Shown: positions 48,162 to 59,326 of the stretch, piece after piece
Numbering within the stretch: position 1 is the first letter of the stretch
How the letters are laid out: each line of letters opens with the position of its first letter
NCBI RefSeq assembly: GCF_002831645.1
Contig: NZ_CP025117.1
Location: forward strand, 563,514-627,513
Direction: 5' to 3'
Source of the DNA: Olleya sp. Bg11-27
Lineage (GTDB): Bacteria; Bacteroidota; Bacteroidia; Flavobacteriales; Flavobacteriaceae
Length of the DNA stretch: 64,000 nt
Position numbers and translations under genes: made by a program
The notes under the pieces: model-generated
What the model was told of the DNA's origin: nothing
Database searches by the model: none
Seen by the model: the letters and a program-made list of their open reading frames with translations, nothing else

Positions 48162-50912
48162 TTATTCAACTACAATCTTTTTAGTAATTGTTCTTCCGTT
48201 ATTTTTTATATTAAGTAAATATATACCAGATTCTACATTTCCTAAGTTTAAAGACTTATTAAAATCACCAGTTATTTTACTATAATTATTTTGTAAAACA
48301 CTACGTCCTCTAATATCAAAAACTTCCACATTAACATCTCCTGACACATCACTAAACTTAATTGAAAATTCTCCATTATTTGGATTAGGGTACACAGAAA
48401 AATTATCTTCAAAACCAAAACTATCAATACTTAATACTGGTGTAAATCCACCTTCTTGACATATTGTAATCGTTAATTCATTCCAAGTTGATAAAGTTCC
48501 ATCAACATTTACATCTGTTACAAAGAAAATCCAATCCCCTGCAGCATTTTGTCCGTCGGCAAAAGATAAAGCAACTTGAGGTAGCACGTTGTCCCCGTTA
48601 TTAGTACTACTACAATCAGTAGCTACACCTTCGTCATCAAATGTTAAATTTGTATCTACAGCTGTGCTACAAATACCAGAAGCTAATTGTTGTATTTCAT
48701 CCGTTTGCCAAGGCCCTCTAATTGCATAAAATAAATCTGAGTTATCCGCAGTAGTAAAACTAACATTTATATTTACATCTGAAATTATTCCACTATCTGG
48801 AATATTTAACGCATAACCAGAATATGAACCTGCATCTTCAGGAACATCAATACCTCCGTTAAAAGTATAATCTTGACAAGTTTGATCACCTGGAACATAA
48901 GTGTAATCTCCTATTGCAAATGATTTTTCATTAAGATTGAAAAATATATTCCCAGCACCTTCTACCATAAGTCTACAAAATGGAGCTGTCAAGTTAGGCA
49001 CTGTTATATCATAACTTCCATTATTTGCAACATTTGAAGCTAAAACGGTATCAAATGTTAAACCATTATCCGTAGACAATAGTATGTTGACGTTTGGAGT
49101 TGCTACACCTGGTGCAACATCCGTACCCGCAACATCCCAATTGATAGTTTCTACGTTTCCAGCTGTCCAAACAATTTGATCCGTATTTTGTGAGGTAACT
49201 AAAAATGGTCCATCTGAATCATCCACCGTAGCAAACATATTATCAACAGCCGATTGGCCACCATTTGGATCATTATCTCTTACTGTTAATCTAAAATTTT
49301 CTATTCTTCCTACAGAAGCTAATTTCTCCCATGTTGTAGATACACCTCCATTATTCACAATATCCACTAACCTTGGGATATATCTAGTTGCATTTGATGT
49401 TCCTTCAAATGACCTAACTAATGGCCCTATTATGTTAGTTTCTAACGGAAGTCCTGCCGAACCTAAATCATACTGCTCCCAAGTATAAGTATGAGAAGTA
49501 ATTCCGTCAGCATCTGTTGACGTCCCTGTTAATTTAAAAGGTGTAGATTTAGGTATCACATAATTTAATCCTGCCTCTGCTGTAGGAGCACTGTTTCCTG
49601 TCGCTATTTGAGCGCCACATTGACTAACACCTGAAGAAATATTATCCCAAATCATCTGCAAACTTTTTTGATGAAAATATGCATCACTATTTGATTGCAC
49701 ATTTTGAGGTGCGCAAATACCAGCATATGCCATGATAGTTGATCCACTTCCTGGTTCGTAAGCATTAGAAGCTGATCTATTATTTCCAGCACAACTACCC
49801 GAATTCCCATTAAACGTATGTGGAGCACCAAATTGATGACCCAATTCATGAGCAACAAAATCGATATCGTATGCATCACCAACTGGATTAGACAAACCCG
49901 TTATTCCTCTGGCCTTAGAATTAATATTACAAGGCGAATTTAATGATGCTAATCCTCCTCCTCCAGTAGAAAAAGTATGCCCTACATCAAAGTTAGCAGA
50001 CCCTATTAAAGCTGTGATCTGAGCTTGACTTTCGTCTATTAAATCATTCGAATCATTGTTTGTGAAATTATCCGTATCAATAAAAATAATACTTTCATTA
50101 TTAGCCACCAATGTCATCGTAACAGACAAATCTCTTTCGTAAATAAAATTATTTCTATTTATAGTAACTACCATAGCTGCTAAAACGGCTGCTCTTTTAG
50201 TTGCTTCTGTAGCTGTGCTAGGTATCCCTGCAGCCATCCAGTGAAAAGCAGCATACTCAATTGTACAAGCTAACGCTAGTCTAAAATCCCTCATGATTCC
50301 GTCGTTAGCATTAAAGACTCTATTTGAACCCACTTGATCTTCTACTTCCACAGCGTCATCTATAACATCACACGTCCAATTTTGATTTAAAATAGGTAAA
50401 TCTTTTTTTGCGTAAACAATATAATTTTCTCCACTTTTTGTATATGGATCAATATATTCCATACCCACATTCTCATTAAATGATATCGTATGTAATCCCT
50501 GTGGTGTAATACTAAACCTCATCGTATTTACTGGATTCTCTATACTTTTACCAACATAAGTTGTAATGTTAGAATACTTTTGTTGTAATTCTGGCTCCAT
50601 CATAGAAGCCTCCATAACATCAAAAACTTCAAGTGTACCATCAGATGTTGGAAAACTCATAAATTTAGAGGAAGCAATATTACTCTCAAATCTTTTTGGT
50701 GCATCGCTTAGATAGGCTTTTAGACCAGAAATGTCCAATTTAAAGAATGCTGATTTAACAGGTTCCGATTTTCTAATAGTCAATTCACCTTTCACAACTT
50801 CAGCCTTAGAGGTCGTTCTCCAAAAATTCTTACCTTTTTGAGCATAAGAATTAGAGGTAAATGAAAATAACACTATTAATACAATTAAATTTTTAGCGTA
50901 AAAATGTTTCAT
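48162..50912 (-). CDS. Secreted zinc metalloprotease (metzincin/reprolysin-like) with T9SS C-terminal sorting domain
   Basis: HELGHQFGAPH extended zinc-binding motif. The C-terminal ~80 aa (YPNPNNGEFSIKF...GIYLLNIKNNGRTITKKIVVE) is a T9SS type-A CTD. Confidence 0.8.
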   Translation of the reverse strand: MKHFYAKNLIVLIVLFSFTSNSYAQKGKNFWRTTSKAEVVKGELTIRKSEPVKSAFFKLDISGLKAYLSDAPKRFESNIASSKFMSFPTSDGTLEVFDVMEASMMEPELQQKYSNITTYVGKSIENPVNTMRFSITPQGLHTISFNENVGMEYIDPYTKSGENYIVYAKKDLPILNQNWTCDVIDDAVEVEDQVGSNRVFNANDGIMRDFRLALACTIEYAAFHWMAAGIPSTATEATKRAAVLAAMVVTINRNNFIYERDLSVTMTLVANNESIIFIDTDNFTNNDSNDLIDESQAQITALIGSANFDVGHTFSTGGGGLASLNSPCNINSKARGITGLSNPVGDAYDIDFVAHELGHQFGAPHTFNGNSGSCAGNNRSASNAYEPGSGSTIMAYAGICAPQNVQSNSDAYFHQKSLQMIWDNISSGVSQCGAQIATGNSAPTAEAGLNYVIPKSTPFKLTGTSTDADGITSHTYTWEQYDLGSAGLPLETNIIGPLVRSFEGTSNATRYIPRLVDIVNNGGVSTTWEKLASVGRIENFRLTVRDNDPNGGQSAVDNMFATVDDSDGPFLVTSQNTDQIVWTAGNVETINWDVAGTDVAPGVATPNVNILLSTDNGLTFDTVLASNVANNGSYDITVPNLTAPFCRLMVEGAGNIFFNLNEKSFAIGDYTYVPGDQTCQDYTFNGGIDVPEDAGSYSGYALNIPDSGIISDVNINVSFTTADNSDLFYAIRGPWQTDEIQQLASGICSTAVDTNLTFDDEGVATDCSSTNNGDNVLPQVALSFADGQNAAGDWIFFVTDVNVDGTLSTWNELTITICQEGGFTPVLSIDSFGFEDNFSVYPNPNNGEFSIKFSDVSGDVNVEVFDIRGRSVLQNNYSKITGDFNKSLNLGNVESGIYLLNIKNNGRTITKKIVVE

Positions 50913-50999
50913 ATAATCTATATTTTTTTTCTATTTTGTAAATATAATTGCATCTTTTGTAATTAACAATCAATAATAGTTAAAGTAATATATATTAAT

Positions 51000-51533
51000 A
51001 TGCGAATTTCACATTTATTACCCGTTTTTTTTATTTTTCTTCATTGTAATTCACCAAAAAACACGGTTTCACAATCAGAATTAAAAAGCAATACAGTTAT
51101 CTCAAACTGCCCGGATGATGGTACTTGTACCTTTAATGTTATTAAAAACAAGTCTATTGAAATAAAAAAGGACGAATTTGGAGCCACCTATTTAAATACG
51201 TATGACAGCGACAAAATACTTTTAAAATTTGAATATAATAGAAACGCACTAGACAATACAGAAGACTCTAATTACACAGAAATAGTCTATATCCAAATTA
51301 ATGAAAATTCAGAAAAGCTTGAACCTATAAACAAAAACTTAAGTTCCGAGAAGAATACAGTCTTTTTTGGTCGACTTTGTTTTTGTAGAGGGCAGACGGG
51401 ATATTACCATATTAATCAAGGTGAATTAAATTTAACCAAGAAGGAAAACAACTTATATGAAATAAACCTCGAGTTTAATACAGACGAAGTTCCACAAGTA
51501 ATAAATAAAATAACTGAAGTATTTAAAATATAA
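51000..51533 (+). CDS. Hypothetical secreted/lipoprotein
   Basis: Signal peptide with Cys (FLHCNS). Length 177 aa. Confidence 0.45.
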   Translation: MRISHLLPVFFIFLHCNSPKNTVSQSELKSNTVISNCPDDGTCTFNVIKNKSIEIKKDEFGATYLNTYDSDKILLKFEYNRNALDNTEDSNYTEIVYIQINENSEKLEPINKNLSSEKNTVFFGRLCFCRGQTGYYHINQGELNLTKKENNLYEINLEFNTDEVPQVINKITEVFKI

Positions 51534-51535
51534 AA

Positions 51536-51567
51536 AAAAGCGACTTTTAAAAGTCGCTTTTTTTATT
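51536..51567. terminator. Bidirectional hairpin terminator
   Basis: aagcgactttt-aa-aagtcgcttttttt, between convergent genes. Confidence 0.7.
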
Positions 51568-52918
51568 ATTCTTCTATTTGTTTTTCTATAACAAAATCTT
51601 CCATAAATTTAGTGGTATAATTACCAGCTATATAATCTGGATGATCCATTAATTGTCGATGAAACGGGATTGTTGTTTTGATACCTTCGATAACAAACTC
51701 ATCTAGAGCACGTTTCATTTTACTAATAGCCTCTTCACGTGTTTGCGCAGTTGTAATTAACTTAGCAATCATTGAATCGTAATTTGGCGGAATACTATAG
51801 CCTGCATAAACATGCGTATCTAATCGTACACCATGACCACCTGGAGCATGTAACGTTGTTATTCTTCCTGGTGACGGGCGAAAATCATTAAACGGATCTT
51901 CTGCATTTATACGACATTCAATTGAGTGCAATTGTGGTAAGTAATTTTTACCAGAAATTGGTACACCGGCAGCAACTAATATTTGCTCACGGATTAAGTC
52001 AAAATCAATTACTTGCTCAGTAATTGGGTGTTCTACTTGGATACGTGTATTCATTTCCATAAAGTAGAAATTTCTATGCTTATCCACTAAAAACTCAACT
52101 GTTCCTGCGCCTTCGTATTTAATGTATTCTGCTGCTTTTACAGCTGCTTCACCCATTTTTTTACGTAATGCTGTTGTCATAAAAGGAGAAGGCACTTCTT
52201 CTGTTAACTTTTGATGACGACGTTGTATAGAACAATCTCTTTCTGATAAATGACATGCTTTTCCTGTGCTATCTCCAACAATTTGGATTTCGATATGACG
52301 TGGCTCTTCAATAAGTTTTTCCATGTACATGTCATTATTTCCAAAAGCAGCTTTAGATTCTGCACGAGCAGACTCCCAAGCGTTTTGCAAATCTTCTTCC
52401 TTCCAAACCGCACGCATTCCTTTACCTCCACCACCGGCAGATGCCTTAAGCATTACCGGATAACCGGTTTCTTTAGCAACTATGATACAATCTTCAAAGG
52501 TTTCAATAATACCTTCACTTCCTGGAACAACAGGTACACCTGCAGCAATCATTGTTGCCTTAGCGTTAGCCTTATCTCCCATTCTGTTAATCATATCTTC
52601 TGAAGCACCAATAAATTTAATTTGGTGTTCTTCACAGATTTTAGAAAACTTAGCGTTTTCAGATAAAAATCCGTAACCTGGGTGTATCGCGTCAGCATTT
52701 GTAATTTCTGCTGCAGCAATAATATTAGACATTTTTAAATATGACTCACTACTAGCTGCTGGTCCAATACAAACTGCTTCATCAGCAAATTTGACGTGTA
52801 AACTTTCAGCATCCGCAGTAGAGTATACTGCAACTGTCTTTATGCCCATTTCTTTACAGGTTCTGATAACACGTAATGCTATCTCTCCTCTATTGGCAAT
52901 TAATACTTTTTTAAACAT
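51566..52918 (-). CDS. accC: Acetyl-CoA carboxylase biotin carboxylase subunit
   Basis: ATP-grasp motifs [18 protein letters not shown] and [10 protein letters not shown]. Length 450 aa. Confidence 0.9.
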   Translation of the reverse strand: MFKKVLIANRGEIALRVIRTCKEMGIKTVAVYSTADAESLHVKFADEAVCIGPAASSESYLKMSNIIAAAEITNADAIHPGYGFLSENAKFSKICEEHQIKFIGASEDMINRMGDKANAKATMIAAGVPVVPGSEGIIETFEDCIIVAKETGYPVMLKASAGGGGKGMRAVWKEEDLQNAWESARAESKAAFGNNDMYMEKLIEEPRHIEIQIVGDSTGKACHLSERDCSIQRRHQKLTEEVPSPFMTTALRKKMGEAAVKAAEYIKYEGAGTVEFLVDKHRNFYFMEMNTRIQVEHPITEQVIDFDLIREQILVAAGVPISGKNYLPQLHSIECRINAEDPFNDFRPSPGRITTLHAPGGHGVRLDTHVYAGYSIPPNYDSMIAKLITTAQTREEAISKMKRALDEFVIEGIKTTIPFHRQLMDHPDYIAGNYTTKFMEDFVIEKQIEE

Positions 52919-53003
52919 CTTTTTTAAATTAGATAATTAGACGATGGGATTATTCGATTTTAGAGCATTTGTTACAAACACTTTAATCTCTAATAATCTA
53001 AAA

Positions 53004-53483
53004 TTAAGATGGGTCTACTAAAAATAATGGTTGATCAAACTCTACTGGAGAAGAATCGTCCACTAATATTTTAACGACTTTACCTGAAACTTCAGATTCT
53101 ATTTCGTTAAATAATTTCATAGCTTCGATTATACAAAGTACATCTCCTTCTGCTATAGTTTGTCCTACCTCTACAAACAATGGTTTGTCAGGAGATGGTT
53201 TTCTATAAAAAGTACCAATAATTGGAGACTTAACAGTAATATATTTTGAGTTTTCGTCTTCTACGGGAGCTACTACTTCTGTCGCTACAGGTGCTACAGG
53301 TGCAGGTTGCATTGCTTGCTGCATCGGCATTTGACCTTGCATTGGCATATGCTGTACGTACGTCGTTTCTGTATCAGAACCTGTTCTGATCGTGATTTTA
53401 ACGTCGTCAGTTTCTAATTTAACTTCACTTGCACCAGATTTGGCTACAAATTTAATTAAGTTTTGAATGTCTTTTAAATCCAT
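53004..53483 (-). CDS. accB: Biotin carboxyl carrier protein
   Basis: Ala/Pro-rich linker and the CIIEAMKLFNEIE biotinyl-lysine motif. Confidence 0.85.
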   Translation of the reverse strand: MDLKDIQNLIKFVAKSGASEVKLETDDVKITIRTGSDTETTYVQHMPMQGQMPMQQAMQPAPVAPVATEVVAPVEDENSKYITVKSPIIGTFYRKPSPDKPLFVEVGQTIAEGDVLCIIEAMKLFNEIESEVSGKVVKILVDDSSPVEFDQPLFLVDPS

Positions 53484-53515
53484 AATTATAAGTTATTAAT
53501 TCAGTTTTAGTTAGT

Positions 53516-54511
53516 TTAAGAGTTGTAGGCCCATTTTAAATAAATAGAACCCCACGTAAATCCACCTCCAAAAGCAGCAAATATTAAATTGTCTCCTTTT
53601 TTAAGTTTTGATTCAAAATCATAAAGTAGCAATGGTAATGTTGCAGAAGTTGTATTACCATATCTATGAATATTTTTTAAGACTTTATCGTCTTCTAAAT
53701 TCATTCGTTTGGCTGTAGCGTCTATAATACGCATATTAGCTTGGTGTGGCACTAACCATGATACATCATCATTGGTTAAGTTATTACGCTGCATTATTTT
53801 TTCGCAAACGTCGGCCATATTTGAAACCGCAAATTTAAACACTGTACGTCCATCTTGATGTACAAAGTGTTGTTTGTTGTCTATGGTTTCTTGTGAAGGC
53901 GGTGTAATTGATCCACCAGCTTGAATTTTTAAAAATTCTCTTCCAGAGCCATCACTTCTCAAATATTCATCTTGCAGCCCTAATCCTTCTGTATTAGGTT
54001 CCAACAATACCGCACCTGCTCCATCACCAAAAATGATGCATGTAGAACGGTCCGTATAATCAATAATAGAAGACATTTTATCTGCTCCTATTAATAAGAC
54101 TTTTTTATAACGTCCTGATTCTATATAACTTGTTGCTGTAGATAGTCCATAAAGAAAGCTTGAGCATGCTGCTTGCAGATCGTATGCAAACGCGTTTGTT
54201 GCGCCTATTTCAGTAGCTGTATAAACAGCTGTAGAAGCGACAAGCATGTCAGGTGTTGCTGTTGCAACAATGACTAAGTCAATTTCTTTAGGATTTATAT
54301 TTTGTTTTTTAAGCAGATCTTTAGCTGCATTAATGGCAAGGTATGATGTTCCTTCGCCTTCTAGTTTAAGAATCCTACGCTCTTTAATTCCTGTTCTTGA
54401 TGTAATCCATTCATCGTTTGTATCTACAAGAGTTTCTAGAACCTTATTAGACATAACATAGTCTGGTACGTAACCACCAACAGCAGTTATTGCAGCAGAG
54501 ATTTTGCTCAT
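53516..54511 (-). CDS. fabH: Beta-ketoacyl-ACP synthase III
   Basis: Active-site Cys context AACSSFLYG. Length 331 aa. Confidence 0.9.
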   Translation of the reverse strand: MSKISAAITAVGGYVPDYVMSNKVLETLVDTNDEWITSRTGIKERRILKLEGEGTSYLAINAAKDLLKKQNINPKEIDLVIVATATPDMLVASTAVYTATEIGATNAFAYDLQAACSSFLYGLSTATSYIESGRYKKVLLIGADKMSSIIDYTDRSTCIIFGDGAGAVLLEPNTEGLGLQDEYLRSDGSGREFLKIQAGGSITPPSQETIDNKQHFVHQDGRTVFKFAVSNMADVCEKIMQRNNLTNDDVSWLVPHQANMRIIDATAKRMNLEDDKVLKNIHRYGNTTSATLPLLLYDFESKLKKGDNLIFAAFGGGFTWGSIYLKWAYNS

Positions 54512-54686
54512 ATTTTAGTTATTTTCGTCAAAAAAAGGTCAAAAACGACCTAAATTGACTTAATTATAATAAAATTAGTCTTTTCCAGACTATTTCTATG
54601 CAAAGTAAATGCTTTTTAACGTAAAGAAAAACAAATCATAAAAAAAACGCCCACAAGTGAGCGTTTTTCTATATGCATGCATAGTA

Positions 54687-54887
54687 TTATGCTACGTTTT
54701 CTTCTACTGAATTGTCAATTAAAACTTGACCTCTGTAGTAAAGTTTTCCTTCACTCCAGTGCGCTCTGTGGTATAAATGAGCTTCACCAGTTGTTGGGCA
54801 AGTTGCAATTTGTGGCGCAGTTGCTTTGTAATGTGTTCTTCTCTTATCTCTTCTTGTTTTCGAGATTTTTCTTTTAGGATGTGCCAT
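54687..54887 (-). CDS. rpmF: 50S ribosomal protein L32
   Basis: [21 protein letters not shown]. Length 66 aa. Confidence 0.9.
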   Translation of the reverse strand: MAHPKRKISKTRRDKRRTHYKATAPQIATCPTTGEAHLYHRAHWSEGKLYYRGQVLIDNSVEENVA

Positions 54888-54896
54888 TTTATATTA

Positions 54897-55442
54897 TTAT
54901 TTATCCGTTAATAGTTTTTTTAATGTATTCCAACGAGGATCGGTTTCCTCTTTGTCTTCTTTTTTATCTTTTAGCCTTGGGCTAAGTTCATCTAATTTGT
55001 CAAGTATTTCAGAATCTAATGTTCCGTCTTCAACTCCTGGATGTATACGTTTACCTGGCAACGCTAATACAACTGATTCATATATATATTGCTGAACATT
55101 AACCTCGTACTCTCCATGAGTAATAATTAATATATCTATATAATCGTCATTATATTCATCTCCAAATTTAACTACCAAATCAAAACTAGTTTCTATTGGT
55201 AAGTCAAAAGGTTCGTTTGTAACATCGCAATTGACGTTTACAGTTCCTGAAATTTCAAAGTTTAACTCCAATAAAGTTGATTTCTTTACAAAAGTTAAAT
55301 TTACTTTAATATCACATGAGTTAAAATCCTCATACTCAAAGTGATTAAAGAACGTTTGATCTATACTATAATCAAAAAGATGTTTTCCTTCTTTTAAACC
55401 TACAAATGGTATTGTAAATTCTTTTAATTGCTTCATTACCAC
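54897..55442 (-). CDS. yceD: YceD/DUF177 family protein
   Basis: Conserved yceD-rpmF-fabH gene order. Length 181 aa with an acidic C-terminus. Confidence 0.65.
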   Translation of the reverse strand: MVMKQLKEFTIPFVGLKEGKHLFDYSIDQTFFNHFEYEDFNSCDIKVNLTFVKKSTLLELNFEISGTVNVNCDVTNEPFDLPIETSFDLVVKFGDEYNDDYIDILIITHGEYEVNVQQYIYESVVLALPGKRIHPGVEDGTLDSEILDKLDELSPRLKDKKEDKEETDPRWNTLKKLLTDK

Positions 55443-55508
55443 ATCTATTTTGAGCCTGCAAATATATAAAAATTTCTTTAGTATAAAGACTTATAAACAT
55501 TTTTTTGT

Positions 55509-56555
55509 TTATATCTTTCTTTTCGAATAGCCTAAAGGGTTTTTAGTAAGCTCCTGATACTCGTTTCTATTTTTAAAAATATGTATTCCTGTAAAAATTG
55601 CTTCCTTAAAAGAACCAATGTCCGCGATGCCTTTTCCTGCAATTTCATAAGCTGTTCCATGGTCTGGAGAGGTTCTTACTCTGTTTAGACCTGCCGTATA
55701 ATTTACACCTTGTCCAAAAGATAATGTTTTAAAAGGTATTAATCCTTGGTCATGATATGAAGCTATTATCGCATCAAAATTTTTATAATTGTTTGATCCA
55801 AAAAAGCTATCTGCTGCATATGGGCCAAAAATTAGCTTCCCTGAGTCTTTAATTTTTTGAAGTGTTGGTCTTAAAACAGTATCATCCTCTGTTCCTATAA
55901 CACCATTATCTCCAGTATGTGGGTTAATACCCAAAACTGCAATTTTAGGTTTATCAATTTGAAAATCTTGCTTAAGCGAATTGTAGACCGTATTAATTTT
56001 TTCTTCTATCAGTTTTGGCGTAATATGCATTGCGATATCCTTAACAGGAACATGGTCCGTTAGCAATCCAACTCTAAGGCCATCTGCCACCATAAACATA
56101 AGACTATTCCCTTCTAATTCTTGATTAAGATAATCTGTATGACCAGGAAACTTAAAGGTCTCGGACTGTATGTTATGCTTATTTATAGGCGCTGTTACCA
56201 AAAGATCTATTTCTTCCTCTTTTAAAGATTTTGTAGCTTGCTCTAAAGACGTAATTGCGTATTCTCCAATTTTCGGATCTTCTTGTCCAAAACTAATAGC
56301 TACATTTTCTTTCCAGCAATTTAAAACATTAACACGTCCAGGTAGTGCCTGACTGACATTTTGGATCCCGTTTAAGTTAATATCTAATTTAAAATGAGTT
56401 TTCACAAAACTCATCGTTTTGATAGAGGCAAAAATAATAGGTGTACAAAAATCTAACATTCTATTGTCTTCAAAAATCCTCAAAACAACTTCTGATCCTA
56501 TACCGTTTAAATCTCCTATAGAAATTCCTAATTTAATATTTTCTTCTTTCTTCAT
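55509..56555 (-). CDS. pdxA: 4-hydroxythreonine-4-phosphate dehydrogenase
   Basis: LGISIGDLNGIGSEV N-terminus and HTDYL, HGTA metal-binding motifs of PdxA. Confidence 0.85.
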   Translation of the reverse strand: MKKEENIKLGISIGDLNGIGSEVVLRIFEDNRMLDFCTPIIFASIKTMSFVKTHFKLDINLNGIQNVSQALPGRVNVLNCWKENVAISFGQEDPKIGEYAITSLEQATKSLKEEEIDLLVTAPINKHNIQSETFKFPGHTDYLNQELEGNSLMFMVADGLRVGLLTDHVPVKDIAMHITPKLIEEKINTVYNSLKQDFQIDKPKIAVLGINPHTGDNGVIGTEDDTVLRPTLQKIKDSGKLIFGPYAADSFFGSNNYKNFDAIIASYHDQGLIPFKTLSFGQGVNYTAGLNRVRTSPDHGTAYEIAGKGIADIGSFKEAIFTGIHIFKNRNEYQELTKNPLGYSKRKI

Positions 56556-56621
56556 TAATACTACTAACTATTGTTTGTAAATTTACCAAAGCAAATTTAA
56601 CTAAATAATACCATTAAGTTT

Positions 56622-57212
56622 ATGTTTACAGGAATAATTGAAACACTTGGTACGGTCAAACAATTATCAACTATAAAAGATAATTTAGATATTACTATTG
56701 AAAGCACTATTACTAGCCAACTAAAAATAGATCAAAGTGTTGCACATAACGGCGTTTGCTTGACTGTTGTCGAAATCAATGATAGCCAATATAGAGTGAC
56801 AGCCATTAAAGAAACTTTGGACAAAACCAATATTGGAGATTTACAAATAGATGACTTTGTAAACATTGAACGCGCTATGAAACTTGGAGACCGACTAGAT
56901 GGTCACATTGTACAGGGCCACGTTGATCAAACAGCGACTTGTATTGAAGCTAAAGACACTAACGGAAGTTGGCTATATACTTTTGAATACGACCCAAAAC
57001 TAAATAATATAACCATAGAAAAAGGGTCTATTACTGTAAACGGAGTTAGTCTAACGGTTGTTAATTCTCAAAAAAACAGCTTTAGCGTTGCTATTATACC
57101 CTACACATATGAGCACACTAATTTTAAGCAATTTAAAATTGGGACAAAAATTAATTTAGAATTTGATGTCATTGGAAAATACGTGAAGCGCCTTAACGAA
57201 TTAAGCCTTTAA
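56622..57212 (+). CDS. ribE: Riboflavin synthase alpha subunit
   Basis: MFTGIIE N-terminus and duplicated lumazine-binding halves (NGVCLTV / NGVSLTV). Confidence 0.85.
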   Translation: MFTGIIETLGTVKQLSTIKDNLDITIESTITSQLKIDQSVAHNGVCLTVVEINDSQYRVTAIKETLDKTNIGDLQIDDFVNIERAMKLGDRLDGHIVQGHVDQTATCIEAKDTNGSWLYTFEYDPKLNNITIEKGSITVNGVSLTVVNSQKNSFSVAIIPYTYEHTNFKQFKIGTKINLEFDVIGKYVKRLNELSL

Positions 57213-57416
57213 AGATTTCTTCAAAGAAATTAATTTATAGACACCGTATACAATACCAACAACCACCAATATAATTAACCCACCATCTATAGGAAGACCT
57301 GGTGGTGGAACTCGGGCAGACTCCAATGGCGCCGGTGGCGGCGTCCCTTGAGAGACACAAACTGTGCTTATTAATAAAAACAAGACTAGTGCTGATAATG
57401 ATTTATTTGTCTTCAT
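57201..57416 (-). CDS. Tiny secreted protein with Pro-rich segment and C-terminal GG-TM-basic sorting-like tail
   Basis: 71 aa: signal peptide, PPPAPLESARVPPPGLPIDGG, hydrophobic helix, KLISLKKSLKA. Confidence 0.35.
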   Translation of the reverse strand: MKTNKSLSALVLFLLISTVCVSQGTPPPAPLESARVPPPGLPIDGGLIILVVVGIVYGVYKLISLKKSLKA

Positions 57417-57632
57417 TGCTGATTTGAGAGTGTAAATGTATGAAAAAAACTATGCTATCAAAACTTTTAAATCTCTTTTTTATTAAAAACCCCCTTTAAA
57501 CTACTATTTTTACCGACGAAATACCGTTTTTAATTTGTTTCAATTGATAACTAAACGTTGGACAGCATTATTAATTGTACTAAAAAAAAACAATTCCAGA
57601 AACCTAAATCACTTTGATCTACAATGCAGAAT

Positions 57633-59174
57633 TTAAGCATATAAAGCCAAATACTTATCCTTAACGATCTGGCCTACTGGTTTATTTTCAATTTTACTTT
57701 CCAACCAAGAAATAACATCTAAATACAAAAAAGCTCGACGCTCAAAGGGATGATCCTCAAACTGCCTTAACACTTCTAGCAATTTTTTAAATTCCTTTTT
57801 AATATCCTGAGGATAGATATCTTGCAATCCTCTAATAAATTTTATCATCTCTTTTTGAACTTCATGTAAATCATTCATTTTAATCAAAAATTTATATGTG
57901 CTTCGCAATAAGGTTTCCAAATGATAATCTAAACCCGCTTCATAATGCGCTACCAAATTTAAAACTCTAGAAAAACACAATAGGTCTTCTCGCATTGACA
58001 ATTCTTTATTAGAAATTATCTTATCTAAATACCGAATACATTCCTTATTATTACCCGCACCAAAATGCAAACTAGCAAACTTATAATAAAAAACCATTTT
58101 ATGATGTGCATCAATTTTGCTACTATACACGGTTAATTTTTTTTCTACTTCAGGAATTAAGACTAATCCCTCTTCAAAACTTCCATCTATAAAAAATTGA
58201 TTTATCTTATGAAAATTACCATATAAAAAAACTAAAGATGCTACATTTTCATCCTTAGGGAAATCAGACTGTTCTACAATCTCATAAAAACCAGAAAGCT
58301 TAGCCATAAACTTCGGCTTGTTTTTAATAAAATATAAAGCTTCTAATAAATAATTATTCCCTTTTAAAAAGAAAACAGGATTTAAACTTATCATATTAGG
58401 GTTTTCATAAAACAAGTCCACCCATTTCAATGCATATTTATAACAATTTAAAAAATCTTGCATCAAAAAGCTATACCACAAATGCGCCTTATAATACCAA
58501 AGTTTTTCTCTAAACCCTAAATTATACAGTTCAACTTTAGGCAACCTATCATTAAAATACTTAGTAACAGCAACACTCTCTTCTTCATTTTTCACATAAC
58601 CCGTTTTTAAAATGATGCTATATAATTGCAAAGACAAATTTGATAGCTTACTCGCAATCACATTTAACTCACTTAACTCTTTAGCCTGAATCGTCAATTG
58701 ATCCGCACGCGTGCTAATACTCCTAGTAATATACTGGGATTCAATTATTTTTTCGAGCTCAACAATTTCAAACGCTAAATTTTTTTCTTCATTTAAAACA
58801 GCTAACTCTTTTGCCTTATCTAAAATCTTTAAACTTTGCTTATACAAGCCTTTGTGATATAAAATAGATGCAAAATCTAACTGCTCTCTAATTTGAGAAC
58901 GAATATTTTGATGAGAAGGGTTTAATTTTAAACTTATCAAAATCTGTTTATACAAATGTGCTTTTACATTAGCCAATTGTTGTTTTTTAACAACATCAGT
59001 TTTAAGAATAGACACCTCATCATACACCCGTGCTTTATCAAGAAAATTAAATAAATTCAAAAATTTAGAATCAGAGTTCACCCCAAGCCGACCTACATAC
59101 AACTTAAATTGTCGCTTTTCGGACTTAGTTAAAGACTTAACTAGTAAAAATAAATTATCTTTTTGCCCTTTAGT
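57633..59174 (-). CDS. Hypothetical helical (TPR-like) protein
   Basis: Track ORF runs to 59231. An internal Met at 59174 (MTKGQKDNLF) is a plausible alternative start. No motif recognised. Confidence 0.45.
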   Translation of the reverse strand, partial: TKGQKDNLFLLVKSLTKSEKRQFKLYVGRLGVNSDSKFLNLFNFLDKARVYDEVSILKTDVVKKQQLANVKAHLYKQILISLKLNPSHQNIRSQIREQLDFASILYHKGLYKQSLKILDKAKELAVLNEEKNLAFEIVELEKIIESQYITRSISTRADQLTIQAKELSELNVIASKLSNLSLQLYSIILKTGYVKNEEESVAVTKYFNDRLPKVELYNLGFREKLWYYKAHLWYSFLMQDFLNCYKYALKWVDLFYENPNMISLNPVFFLKGNNYLLEALYFIKNKPKFMAKLSGFYEIVEQSDFPKDENVASLVFLYGNFHKINQFFIDGSFEEGLVLIPEVEKKLTVYSSKIDAHHKMVFYYKFASLHFGAGNNKECIRYLDKIISNKELSMREDLLCFSRVLNLVAHYEAGLDYHLETLLRSTYKFLIKMNDLHEVQKEMIKFIRGLQDIYPQDIKKEFKKLLEVLRQFEDHPFERRAFLYLDVISWLESKIENKPVGQIVKDKYLALYA

Positions 59175-59326
59175 CATAAACCTAATATTTACATAAACTA
59201 CTGATTTACAGAGTTTTAGTTTTATTTTCATTAATTGAACATCGTAACACTTCCAATATCGGTCATCTACAACGGATAACCAAAGTATACATTAGTAATT
59301 CAAAAGAAAAATAATTCTCTCTTAAA

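Noticed and set aside
56555-56622. FMN riboswitch upstream of ribE
   Set aside because: Spacer is only ~65 bp and lacks the conserved FMN-element core sequences.
59231-59326. Leucine leader or attenuator upstream of leuA
   Set aside because: No Leu-codon-rich mini-ORF or alternative hairpins are evident in the 96-bp spacer.
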